Source of the DNA: the human T2T-CHM13v2.0 reference genome, Homo sapiens
DNA: 64,000 bases
Assembly (NCBI RefSeq): GCF_009914755.1
Contig: NC_060932.1
Strand: one strand, 5' to 3'
Shown: positions 30,782-43,829 of the stretch, piece after piece
Layout of the letters: the number at the start of each line of letters is the position of its first letter
How positions within the stretch are numbered: the stretch's first letter is position 1
Notes under the pieces: generated by a model
Databases searched by the model: none
What the model saw: only the letters and a program-made list of their open reading frames with translations
What the model was told of the DNA's origin: nothing
Position numbers and translations under genes: made by a program

Positions 30782-31155
30782 ACATGCACTGCTTTTAATT
30801 TCAGTTGCTTTTATGTAAGTGCCACCTGCATAACACGCTGAAGCTATGAATGCCAACAAGTTCAACATGCCCTGTGTTCCCTCACAGAGAGCCGCACCTC
30901 TCCTAAAACACTTGGCTGGGTGCAGAAGAGAAAAACCACCCTCTAGGCCAGATTCAAAGGCTGTGGACTTCATAAGCTATCCGGGAAGAGCCCAGAGAAG
31001 GCAGGTGGCAGTTCTTGGCAGAGAGACGCACAGGGAGGTCAGCTTGCCATTTGCTGACATGGGAATTTGGGAAACATCACTTCATCAGCAACCTCTACAT
31101 GGCATGGCTGACATTTCAAAATCTGAATACTGTGTGCATTCACATGGTATTTCGG

Positions 31156-31436
31156 TTTTTTGTTTGTTTGTTTTGAGACATACTCCCTCTGTCGCCAGGC
31201 CTGGAGTGCAGTGGAGCAATCTCACTCAACCTCCGCCTCCCGGGTTCAACCGATTCTCCTGCCTCAGCCTCCCAAGTAACTGGGACTATAAGCACACACC
31301 ACCAAACCCAGCTAATTTTTGTATTTTTAGTAGAGATGCGGTTTCACCATGTTGGCCAGGAACTCCTGACCTTGTGATCCGCCTGCCTCGGCCTCCCAAA
31401 GTGCTGGGATTACAGGCGTGAGACACCGCGCCCGGC
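31156..31436 (-). mobile_element. Alu (AluS-like)
   Basis: Reverse dimer; TSD ggtatttcg. Confidence 0.9.
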
Positions 31437-31562
31437 GGGTATTTCGTTTTTACACTGCTGGATGTAACTCATGACTTTTAACTTCTCTCTTTTCCTTAAC
31501 CAAACACCAAATTCCCTCCAGGATTGTCGGGGTTACAAAGCAAACTCTCCCTGGACCAGTCC

Positions 31563-31810
<248 letters not shown>

Positions 31811-31849
31811 CAGTCCTCCCTATTTTAAGTCAGAGGCCCCAGAGGGCCC

Positions 31850-32110
31850 TGGAGAGGACCCCGTAAGCGCGCAAGGCCAGGGCGCCGCGCCCCGCCCCGC
31901 ACTCCCGCCTGCGGGCTCCATTGTGTGGCCATGTCGCCGCGCTATCTCGCAAAAGTCGCGGCGAGGCTCGGCCGGGCCCCTCCTCCCCTGGGGGTGGCCG
32001 TCTGGCTCCCCCAAGAGGGGTGAGGGGGAGGGGAACACCAAGAGCCACAGACCGGGCCTCGGCGCCACTTTCAGGGTTAATCAGTTTGCCGGCGATGTGT
32101 ATTTGGCTGC
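31850..32110. promoter_or_regulatory. Small CpG-rich block, intron 2
   Basis: Dense CG dinucleotides and GC boxes (ccccgccccgc ~31890). Confidence 0.65.
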
Positions 32111-33344
32111 ACCCCCGGGAACCTTCCCTGGCCACCCAGGGCCAGAGGACAATTTAAAAGCGCTTCAAAGCCTAGGCCCTTCTCGGAGCCAGCCCAAGAC
32201 TGGAAACCTGGCAGGGGTAGCCTTTACTCTTCAAAGTGAGAACAAATGCAGAAGGATTTAGCACTTAGTAGGTGGTCAATAAACGCGAGCTTTGCTTCTC
32301 AAGCCTGGGCTTCCCCTCCCCCACAGGGTGGGCTCAATCCAAACTCACTCCTCCGTCTCTTCCCGAAATTCCAGAGGTCGTTTGCATTTTGAACTAGGGG
32401 TTGCCACTTCCCTTTCTCCCCCGGCCCGTGTACTCAGGCCCCTTCTCAGATCCCGCTGCGTTTATTTGTGAATCAGTGGAGGTTGAGACAGGTTTGCCGT
32501 CCCTCCCCGTCTGACATCCGATGGAAACACTGCATGGAACCTACCACAACGGTTATTTCCAACCCTGGCCCACGCGAGAAGAGGAGGCTCCACGCGTGCA
32601 AGCGACTGCAAAGTCTCCATTTAACTCGGGTGTCATGAACAAGCCCGTTTGAGGTCCCTATGTTCCCGGACACTGACCGGGCGTGTGCGCCCCCCCCCCC
32701 CCGCTGCCCGCATGATGCGCCCACGCGCTCGGCCGGGTGGCACCCGCACAGTGCCGGCTCCTGTTCCGCGCATCTCCCCGGCGTCTCCTTTGTCCATCCC
32801 TCCTTTGTTCTCGGTGTGAGACCCCCGACGGGAAAATCATCAGCTACCCCGAGGGATCCTCCAGCTGGGCCGCCAAATGGCCCAGAAGGTCTGCGGTCCA
32901 AACCATTGTAATCAGTTCCCTGCGGAGGCCCGAGGGCGGGCGGGGAGGAAAGGGGCGCAGAAACTCAGCAATCTCCAGCACCTTCCACGAGGAAATCCCA
33001 GGCCGCTGCCCCCGGCTCTCCAGGGAGCCCGCTGTCCTCCCGCGTCACCCACAGCGCAGCGCGGCCACGGTCGATGTCTGGGATGGCGGGGAGGCCGCAC
33101 TCCGACCCTGACACCATCTCAGAAGAGGCCCCGGCGGGCAGGCCCGGCCCCTTCCACAGAAGCCGGTCTTCTGGGGCTGTGATGTCGCCAGCCCCGCACT
33201 GGCTTCTGCCTTCCCTAGAAACTCGAGGTAGTGAAGCACCATCCCCAGCCCAACGAAGGCGTTGGTGGAAAAACAAGAGGCCCTCGACAGGGCTCAAGAC
33301 GGCCCCTGCCCCGGCCCTCACGCGCCCCAGCCCTCGCGCTCCTA

Positions 33345-34157
<813 letters not shown>

Positions 34158-35689
34158 CTAGGCTCTTGTTTACTCCGGAAAATCCCAATTTGAATTTTTG
34201 GTGGTTCCGGAAGCTGATGTAGGAGCAGCTGAATTCACCCCAGGGCCTGAAGGTCCGGCGCACCTATTGGGGGCAGAAGACGGAGGGCAGCGTCCAGGCC
34301 TGGAGGTGGCGCACGAGCCTTCGGGTCCCCCACTCGTCACACCGAGAGGCCTCCAGGACACCCGCGGCCACAGGCGCAGAAGCTGCTAGGCTGGCTCCTT
34401 CCTCCTCGCCGCAGCCGGGGTCCTAAAAGAGGAACGACAGAAAGAGAGAGGGTGGTTCATCCCAGAGCTTTCAGAACCCACTCTCCACTTGCGTGGTTGC
34501 TTCTTCCACGCTTCAAATGAAGTCGCCACGGGGATTTGGGGGTGCAGCTCCGGAGGCCGCGCGGTGCCGGGAAGCAGGGGCCTTTGTTTTGTCCAGGCGT
34601 TGGGTCAGGCGGCCCAGGCAAGCCTGGGGAGAGGCGCCCCAGGGACCAGGGGCTTCCCGGGTCTTTGGTGTGCAGTTATTGGTTGTGATCTTGGTCAATG
34701 ATTTTTGTATTGCTTGTCAGGAAGGACTTTAATGTTACCTTATTCTGCAAGCATATTTTTGTAAGTCCAAAAGTTTGGCGTTAATGCAGAGTGCCTGGGA
34801 CCCAAGAAATCTCTCATCTCCTCTGTTCCCCATCTCTCCCCAAGAAAGATGGGGAGACTGGCCTAGAAAGAACTTTAGATTGTCCTTGGGGGGACAAGGA
34901 CAAACTTTACACAAAACAACAACCTAACAAAGTTTTGTTTGTAATTAAAAAAAAAAAAAACCAGAAGTAGAGTCCAAATGTTTATAAGTGAACAACGGTG
35001 TCTGCTAAGCCTCCTGAAGAGGGTTCTGAAACCCTCATCCATACACTAACCATGTGGACGTCAAATCGGACAAGTTACAGGTTTCTTGCAAATAGTTACA
35101 ATTTAGACGTTTTGCAAATTGTATATCAGAACCAGAAAAGTGAGAAGAATGTACAATGCCGCTCTACAGAATAACCCACTGGACCATTCTAATTCACTGA
35201 ATGGGTTCTTCATATAGAATAATAAATCCACCCATAAGCAGAATCATAACACCAAGGTGGGTGCTTGGGGAAAGAGCAGTTTGTGGAACTTGATTATATA
35301 CTTCCCAGCATCCTGCGTTTTGTTATTATCAGGCAATTTTTCTGATAAAATAAGAGCTCCACTTTTTGAATTACCTGCTGTCTGAATTACCTCCAGGTCC
35401 TTTTCTCTACAACTCTACTAAGTACAGGTGTCTCTCCTCATTTTACAAGAGGGAACTGGAGCACTGGAAAGTTTTGAAACTTGTCTAAGATCAAAGTACA
35501 ATCAGAAGGGGTGGGGGAAGGGAATGGGATCAGTAGGGCTCCAGGGGCTTGAAGCTGTCCACCACACTCCATTTCTCTCTTTAAGAAGAGGCAACTACTC
35601 CCGACAAAGTTTTCTTTTTTATTTCAATAGTAGATTTACAAGAATGTTAACTATATATGAATCCAGGCTCTGAGACTTACGGAATAAAC

Positions 35690-35830
35690 ACCTTTAGACA
35701 AATTACTTAGCCTCTCTGTGCCTTAGTTTCCTCATCTGCAAAATGCAGATATTAAAGGTACTTATTTTGTAGAGTCATCGTGAAGCTTAGGAGTGAGGAT
35801 TATAAATTAATATTTGTAAAACACTTATAA
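35690..35830 (+). mobile_element. MIR
   Basis: ttacttagcctctctgtgccttagtttcctcatctgcaaaatg core. Confidence 0.7.
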
Positions 35831-37973
35831 CAGATTTTTATAAAACTGTCCTAACAGGCAAAAAGAAAGTTCTAAATAACAGTTGACTATTACTACAGAT
35901 TTCTAGTATAATACAAGAAAGTACCTCAAATGTATATACTATAATAAATGATCATCTTTATTACTGTAAAAATCTGGAAATGGAATCTTTAATACACACT
36001 ACATAATGCTTTTCACCATTTTTTGCAACATCACTAGTAATAATAATGGAATAGTACTGTATTGTATTATATAGTCACATGGTAACTCCTAAAAGCTTAT
36101 TTGCTTTCAAAATATGCAATAACTTATTGGTTTGGCAAATAGTTCATTCCAGCAAGTTTGGTTAGAGAATAGATTTTTTTAAAAATTGACCTGAGGTCAC
36201 CAACTTTTCCCTTTGAAAATAAAGTTAAAGAATTATGGGTTTACCTTAATAAAAGATCCAGTATTTGACTTTTAAAATCAAGTAGCTGACCTATTTCATT
36301 GCATTTTCTGGAATACTCAACTCCTGCAGTTCTTCAAGATAATGTAATTTTTTTTCTTTCATAACTTTGGAAAAGAAAGGAGATTTAGAATTTTATAATC
36401 CAACTTCCAGTATACACACAGGTAGTAACTTGCAGACTTTAAAAGGTAAATGCAAAAAATGTCATCAATCTAATATTTGTCTTTATCACATTCTCTGCCT
36501 TTTCAAATGGCTGATATAGTGCCTGAGTTGGATTACTAGAACAACAGAAGGTGGAGAAAATACTCCTCTATAACTTTCTGGAAAAACAAGGAATTAGCTG
36601 CTCTTGGAAAACGCCTCTGGCTGGTTGTTGAAATTGAGCCTGGATCCTGCAGTTGGCGGAGAAAGCCCAGCAGCTCCCGAGGCTGCCAAAATCGGGGAGT
36701 TTTTGCTCTCCTTCTGATCACTTGTCCCAGTTCACCCCAAATTCGCAGGCCAACAGGAAATGCGCTCCCCTTTCAAGAATCAACCAATAGCCCTCTTCCG
36801 ATCTATTTTTCAGAATGGGAGAATTGCAAGCGCCGAAAAGTCCCCGTCCCTTTATAGGACACTCCTCGCTGGCCTGGGTTTACGCCTCCGCTCTCGGCCT
36901 GCAGCGAGGAGGACGGTCGCACGCTAGCCGGCACAACCAAGCCGGCCGCAGCAGGGGAGGAGACACAGACGTGTGCGGAGCATCACCTCCACACCCCAGG
37001 CTTTCTTTAAAAGCCTGAAACCTGCTCTCGGTTGTCTTCCTTTTCTGGGAACACAGGAAACACTTCCCCGAGGCGCTTCCCCAACCTCCACGGTGCGGGC
37101 CGCGCTGCCCCAGGGATTCCATCGGCCGCGGGTCCCCCACCACGCTCTTTCCCCAGCCAAAAGGCCCCTCCTTTCCTCAACCTGGTGGCAGTCCGCGACC
37201 CCGGCACCCCCCTCTGCCCACGGTGACCCCTGAGCCCAAAGCCAAGCGACATAACCCGGCGGATCCGGGCAGCCCCGTGGCCGGCGGAGGGAAGTCACGG
37301 CTCCGGTCCGGGCTCGGGCCCTTGGCCAGTTTCAGGTAGAAGCAGCGCGGGCAGGTGGGGTGGTGAGCTTCCAGAGGAGCATTCAGTCCCTGGACCCCAG
37401 CCCCGAGGGCGAGGAGGCCGGCCAGAAAGGGCATGAATAGTTCCGCCACTCAGCAGCCTCTCCGCACCTCAGAGCGGCTCCCGGGGGCCCCTGAGGCCCA
37501 GCGGCGCTGCCTGGCACTGCCACCCTGCGTCCCCGGAGTCGCTGGTGGGCGACAAGCCTCCGTCTACTTCCCTCCATGTGCGAGCTGCCGTGCAGCCTGT
37601 CCCGGGCCCGTCAGTCCCGGTAACTTCACGCGGCCACCATCACCACCCAGGCCCCGGCCTGCGATATGCAAACAAGGGTTGGAGAATGTGCACACGGGGA
37701 CAGGGATTGAAAGCGTTCAAGTTCACACGGAAAGAATCCAAAGGCGCTTCCAATATTTCTCTGTTTTGCCCCCAAGTCTTACTTTGACTTAAAGAAGTTG
37801 CTAAGGCAAAGTCAAAAGCAGAGCAGGGGTTGGGCAATTTCGGTGAAGTGAGTAGCGCACGTCTCTTTTCCTCCCACTAGCTACCTCTCTACCTCCAGAC
37901 AAGCAAAGGCGGAGAAGCTCCGAGTTTGGGGGACCGCGGGAAGGAGCAAAGAAAGGGAAGAAAAAAGCCCTAC

Positions 37974-38070
37974 CTGCTGGGCCTGGAGGTTCCGCGCACG
38001 CTCCCCTGGGAGCCCCCGGAGCTGCAGCGGCGACGAAGCCTCTCGCGGCCCCTGCGCCGGCCGCCTCCAA
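37974..38070 (-). other. GATA4: GATA4 non-coding first exon 1a (5' end approximate)
   Basis: Minus strand TTGGAGGCGGCCGGCGCAGG...CCCAGCAG matches the GATA4 mRNA 5' end as I recall it. Donor CAG|GTAGGG at 37974/37973; lies directly downstream of E-box/GC boxes. Confidence 0.9.
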
Positions 38071-38170
38071 GTCCCCAGCTCGCGGCTCGGGTCCCCGGCC
38101 CAGCAACTCGGCCCTAGGGCGCTGACTGGCCTGTGGGAGTCACGTGCAAGGGCGGGGCGGGGGTGCGCGG
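38071..38170 (-). promoter_or_regulatory. GATA4: GATA4 proximal TATA-less promoter: USF-type E-box and Sp/KLF GC boxes
   Basis: GTCACGTG at 38139-38146; GGGCGGGGCGGGGG at 38150-38163; inside a CpG island. Confidence 0.85.
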
Positions 38171-38899
38171 CCCCGGCTACACCTCCGCTGGGCGCAGGCT
38201 GCGGGACTGTGCGGAAAGCTCCCCCAGCAGGCAAAGTCCAGGCTCTGGGGTCTCCGCGGAAAATGCCCAAGTGCTACCGCCAGGGAGCGGGGAATCACCC
38301 GCAACCCAGCCGGAGGTCGATTGGGTTCGCTGTGGTGCCCAGGGTCAGCTTTATTAATGAGTTCCCTTTCTCCCTCCCCGCCCCCCCTTCCTGTGGTCCT
38401 CATCCCGCAGCGGCGGGCGAGGGGCGGGGCCAGTAGAGAAGAAGGTGACCTCTTGGGCTCAACTCTCGATCTTGTGTGGGGCACTGGGTCACCCGGGGTG
38501 CCCGGCTGGATGCTAGTTCCTGGGCAGGGGTAGTGGGGATCCTCCCAGCCCCGGATTCCTTGGAGGTTCAGGAGACACCCAGACTGCCTCCTAAAATCAG
38601 AGCGTAGAGACCGAAGCCTCCCTTTTGCCTTCCCAAAATCCCAGGGAGATGGTCGGGAGCCCAGGCCTCAGCCTCAATTTTATGTATTTATGCAATCTGC
38701 ATCCCTTCCTGGCGACACTTCCCATCTCCTGTGGCCTCCTCTCTTCTAATCTTTCCCCCTTTTTTCTGCAGCCTGCGGCGGCTCTGCACCAATCCAAGGG
38801 ACGTGGCAAGGGCTGGGGAGCCAGGCGGTCCAGGGGAGCTTCTTCATGGAGGGGGCTCTTCCAGGGTATGGGGGAGGGGAATGTGTCAGGCCTGAGTTG

Positions 38900-40190
38900 G
38901 GAGTCGGCGTCAGAGCCTGGAGGCCCCAGCGCAGCGGGGCTGCGAGCCGGAGAGTCCCTCAGACAGGTCTAAAGGTTAATAGAGCAATCACAGGGCCCTA
39001 TTACCGCGTAAAAATAACCCATCGATTACCGCAGCCTTCAGCCCCAGATAACAGCCGGCGGGTGGCTCTCACGCTTTCGGTTAAACTTTTTTTTTTTTTT
39101 AAGGCCGCGTTTTTCTCTCCAGCACGGGCTTCTCAAGCCAGATTAGAGGGATGGGGGAAGGGGTCGGGATAACACCCTGCACGAAACCCGTGCTGCTCCG
39201 AAAGCAGGCTGGGAACGCCACCCGCTTCCGTAGTAGGAAATCAATCGTGGATTCCCAGCCTGAGTGAAGGCAACCCGGGGGTTAAGGACGAGGCCAGGAC
39301 GCGGGGCTGGGTAGAAGGAAACCCCCCATGGGATCGTGGCCAACTCCTGGGGATTCTCAGGAAAATCCCAGAGGAAGAAACGAGCGCGGCTGCGCGGGGA
39401 ATTCTCTTCCCTGAATGAGAGGTGCGGAGGTTCACTGGGGCGCAAACAGAGGAAAGGAAACTGAGGCTGCCTGGGGCGCCGAGCGGCGAAAGGCCTGCGC
39501 ACAGGCTGGACGCACGGCAGCCGCCCCTCTAGACCCCGGCGGGCCTGCATCCCGGAAGCTGGGGGCGACACACTTAGGGTTTCTTCTCCGACTTCCCCCA
39601 ATTCCTAGCCTGCTACTTAGCAGAATTGGCGCCACGGACCCGAAACGTGGGAACTTAAGGCTGAAGGGGTGCTGGGGATCTCGGAGGCCGGCGCTGCGGA
39701 AAAGCGGTCTCCGGAGCACGCTCCAATCTGCGATCCTTCGGACTCAGCGGAGAAGGAAGCAGACTCCCTGCTCCCGGTTTGAAACCGGCAATCATCTTCG
39801 TGGGGGGCGAGCGAGAGAGGCGCGAAGCCAAGGCCTGCGGCAGGGACCTGCAAGGCCTTCCTGGAGAGTGGAAAATCTGGGCTTGGGCGAGCGGGAAGCT
39901 ATCCCGGCCTTTCTTTTCTCGGAGGAAATCTGTGGCTCCAGCGCTACCCGGGGTCTCAGAGCTGCCTCCCACGCGCGACCCTTAAAGGGCGAAAAGGGCT
40001 GAGTCTGGACCGGGCAGTGAATTTTCTTAGCAACAAGCCAGGGGCTTGGGGCTTAGTGTCTGGCGGGGTGCCATCTGACGTCCTCCCCACAGCCAAGGAC
40101 ACAGGCGGCGCTCCTACGCCGGCTTCTCCTAGTAGTGCGGGATGGGCTGCAGCGGGAGGTGCGGTGCCTTGCGGCGATCCTTCACCCTCG
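38900..40190. promoter_or_regulatory. Upstream CpG island
   Basis: High CpG density. Confidence 0.8.
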
Positions 40191-40233
40191 CCCTCCCCAT
40201 CCTCCCTAAACTTCAACCCCCTGCTCTGTACAC

Positions 40234-40296
40234 TGGTGGGGCTATAACAGGCTGTGCTGTGGATGGTGGGGCTATAACAGGCTGTACTGTGGATGG
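40234..40296. repeat. 30-bp tandem duplication
   Basis: tggtggggctataacaggctgt(g/a)ctgtgga x2 with one mismatch. Confidence 0.9.
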
Positions 40297-41495
40297 CCGC
40301 TGCCACACCGCTGGGTGGGAACGCCTGCTTTTGCTGGGTGCTTGCTTGCAAGGAACCCCAGATTACCTGAGCCGCCGCTTTCTGCCAACCCTGGGCCACC
40401 CCTACCACCTCCCACCACCCCCCACCACCCCGGTCCTTTACCCACACCTTCCGCTGGCACTCCTAGTGGACTGAAACCTGGGATCCCCTGACCCAGGAAT
40501 ATTCGCTGTCTCTGGAAGTCGCCTGGGACAGAGAAAATTATGTTTCTTGTGGCTTTTTCCTCTAGGTCCAGCGCCCCAACTTTCTCCCCAAGGCCTCAGC
40601 TCAAGGACAAACCAGGGGTGGTTGGCAAACGGCCTGCTTTTTTGGGGGTGTTTCCTTTTCCCTCCTTTCCTCCTTCGCTCTCCGCTCGCCCCCTCCCTCC
40701 CTTGGGCCAAGCGGGAGCCTGCAGGTTGGCTGTGCGTTGCCAGGAGCGGGGAGCATTTCAAGGCCTCGCTGGGCCGCCGGCTGGAGGAGGTTTATCGGCG
40801 CCTCTCTAGGTTCCCAGGCTTCTCTCTCGCTCCAGAGGCCGCTGGGAAGGGGGGCAGCGGGTGGGTGCTCTGAGGTCCGGCCTCTTGGCTATTTTTAAGG
40901 AAGATATGCCTGGGCTGGCCTGGGTAGACAGGCCCAATCCCCATTCAAGTCCTCTCTCGGGTTTCCTTTCCCGTAGTCTAGGAGGAGAATTTAACACTGT
41001 GAACGTCTTTGACTTTTTTTTTTTTTTTTCTAAGAACCTGGGTCTAATGACCCAGTGTCAGGTCGTCAGATTTTAGACAAACAAGAATTACTTAGGTGTA
41101 CTGTACTCTTTTAAAAAATATCTCCAAGGCAAGAATAAATTGCTTTACCCTGTTCCATTAAGGCTCTTGGGACTTGAGCTGGTCCATACCCCAGAAGAGG
41201 CAAATTGTACGCTGCGTATTGTGTACAGAGCAATCTAAACACTGGTTCCCCCCAAAAATAAAAATAAACGGTGGATGCTGGAATTCACAGTGAAGCCACT
41301 GATGGTTTTCCAGCGCCGAGTTTCTGCGAGTTTTTGGTGGGACCTGTCCAAGTTTGTTTTAAACCAAGTGCCACGCCTGGGTCCATGATCTTGGCCGCTA
41401 CACCCGGAACAAAAGCAACATCTGAAAAAATCTGGCGCCACCAAGGTCGCCAGAGTCTTATAATGGAAAACAAGAAACCCCAGAGAGAATCAAAC

Positions 41496-41763
41496 CTCAT
41501 TCTATGGAACGAATTCCTCCAAGATATGGACGCGCCTCTGCGGCCCTGCCGCGAGGGATCCGGACAGACATTCAAGGTGACCCGCGCAGAACGAATGCCG
41601 AGTCCTGCAACACGGCCCTTGGATTCCCCCGCTGGGCCTGGGCGCCGGTCTGCGATACTCCTTCCCTGCGCGGCACTCGGTCCTCACCCGCACGGGCAGC
41701 CTGCCCTGCACGAGCCTCCGCGGGCGCAGCGCCGAGAACCAGGGTGCAGAGCAGGATGCGTCC
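41496..41763 (-). other. GATA4: Probable upstream non-coding GATA4 exon (268 nt) used by distal-promoter transcripts
   Basis: Strong NAGNAG acceptor ttctccatttttccttCAGCAG| (41769-41764) and donor GAG|GTTTGA (41496/41495) bracket a CpG-rich block. Consistent with my recollection of a GATA4 variant with upstream non-coding exons (unverified). Confidence 0.65.
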
Positions 41764-41930
41764 CTGCTGAAGGAAAAATGGAGAACGAATTCAGCTGCAA
41801 GGCCACGTCGACCTACCTTCCTTCACTTGCTATGGTCCGTGCCTCGGACACTCTTTCTTGGGGATACGGAGTGGACGTAGAGCCTCCGCCCTGTTCGCCC
41901 GGAACCGTGCTCTGCAGCCGGTTACAGACG
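41500..41930. promoter_or_regulatory. CpG-rich block over the upstream exon
   Basis: High CpG density. Confidence 0.7.
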
Positions 41931-43829
41931 AGAGGAGAGGAAGGAGCAATCCTTGTTAATGGTCTTGCTTTCGAAATTACTACTCTGGGTTGCAAAGCGA
42001 ATACATCTTCTCCCTCGTAGACCTCCTCAAATGCTTCCTGGTGCTTCCAGCCCTGAGGACCAGAGTTTCTGGCACACCCTCTCATATTTTATAGTCACTT
42101 CCAGATTACAGAACACTTTCAAATCTCATTTTTCTCTAGGGAACAACAATATCATTAGCAAGAGGAAGGGAAAGACGGTGTTATCGCCCTCACCTTAGAA
42201 ACCAGCACATGGAGGCTCAGAGAGGTTAAGGTACTTGTCTGAGGTGGCAAAGCAAGGGCGAAACTGCAGGTCTAGAACCTGGATTCCTGAATCTTAGTTC
42301 TTTTTTTTCCATTCTATTTAATATCGACTTTCTACCATGAAAACGTATTTTTAAAAACTGTCTTTTAAAAATTGTTCTGAGTTTCCTTTAATGAGCATGT
42401 TTAACATTTAAAAAATAAAATCAATGTTTAAAAAAGTTTATATCTCATAATCTGAGAGCCCACAGGAAGAGGGAAAAAAGTGGAAAGGAATCTCTGAACA
42501 TTTTTGCTGAGTTCAGGACGGACACCATAGCCTTTTTGAATAGGGAGGGGCTCTTCAGGTCCAGCGTAGCTGAGGCTAGGACTGAAGCCTGGTCCAGTGC
42601 CTGCAAGTCCAGGCAGGGGCCCCAGCAGGTTGAGGAGCGCCAGCGCTGGAGGCGCAGTGGCCACGCAGGCGCCGCCATGTATGTTTCTTTTCCTGCTGCC
42701 AACCTGGCTCCCTCTCTCCCTCCCCATCCAAGGACCTGGAGACAATGGCAGCCTGAAAGAGCTGCTAACACCTACTGCCCAGGCCACCCACCACCCAGAA
42801 CATAGGGAGTCTGGTTCCCAGACTGGAGGTTCTTTGAGTCTGTAAGGGGCCCTTTCTTCGGGGATTGCCTCCTCTGAGATCTCTCTTGGTGACACAGGCC
42901 CCAATTCTTTCACATATGGGGCTTTGCTACTCCCCAGTTAGAGACTTTTGAAGTCACAGTGTTGTTTGTGCTGAGCCCAGAGCAAGACCAGGGTTAACAT
43001 CCCTGGACTAGTAAAATGATCTTGTGCTTTATTCACTTGTCCATGCCCCCTGAAGTTATAAAGTAATTTATATGGGGTTGGCTGTCCACACACATGCACC
43101 GATCACCTCCCTTCTACACCCCCAAAAGGTATGCTCTGTGAATGCAGTGATCAAAATCCTGGTCTGCCCAAAGCAAGGATTACAGTAGGTGCTCAATAAG
43201 TGTTGGGTGAATGATTAAAATTTTAAAAAGGGCTGTTAATAACATCCATCAAAGTTGCTCGGAGATGGAGAATGAAACATTCCCCTCAAGGGACCTGGTG
43301 CACTGGTGGGCAGGACTGCCATTTCTCAGAGTAGAATACTGGCCAGAAGTGGAGGGAGGGGCCCAGCCTGGGTGGCACAAATCTCCCTGGTGGCTTCATC
43401 TGCCTGTGGAGCTGCTATCGCCTACAAACCACCAGCTCAAATCTAGGCTGCTCCTAAGGACACCCCGGGGTCCCCAGGTCCTGGGGACTGCAGGAAGAAG
43501 GGACTTCCCTGTGCACAGCCAGGATTTGGGAAGTTGAGCTGGGAACCTGGCCAGATGCTTAGGCTGTTAGACTGGCGAGGGAGTCCCCGGGCCTCCGGGG
43601 ATGAAGGCTGACCAGAAGCCAGGGGCACCCTTTCTGAGGCATAGGGAGCCCAACCCATAAATCCTGGAAGGATGGAGAGACCAAGTCAGCCGGATAGAGG
43701 AAAAAATGCAGGGTGAGGAGTGGAGGAGGAGAAACAAGAGAAGGGAGAGAAAAGCGAGAGAGACAGAGGAGGACAGGCAGAGACCAGGGCAGAGAGAAAT
43801 GACTGGCCAGCAGCAGAGAGGGAGAGATG

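Larger units (their letters stand above)
36830..38520. promoter_or_regulatory. CpG island over promoter, exon 1a and start of intron 1
   Basis: High GC and CpG density. Confidence 0.9.

Noticed and set aside
32260-32285. CTCF-like TAGTAGGTGGTC
   Set aside because: Matches the L2/MIR terminal motif (gcacttagtaggtg.tcaataaa) and fits the consensus poorly.
41271-42020. 249-aa plus-strand ORF
   Set aside because: GTG start, CpG-rich context, no homology recognised; likely a chance ORF antisense to the upstream exon.
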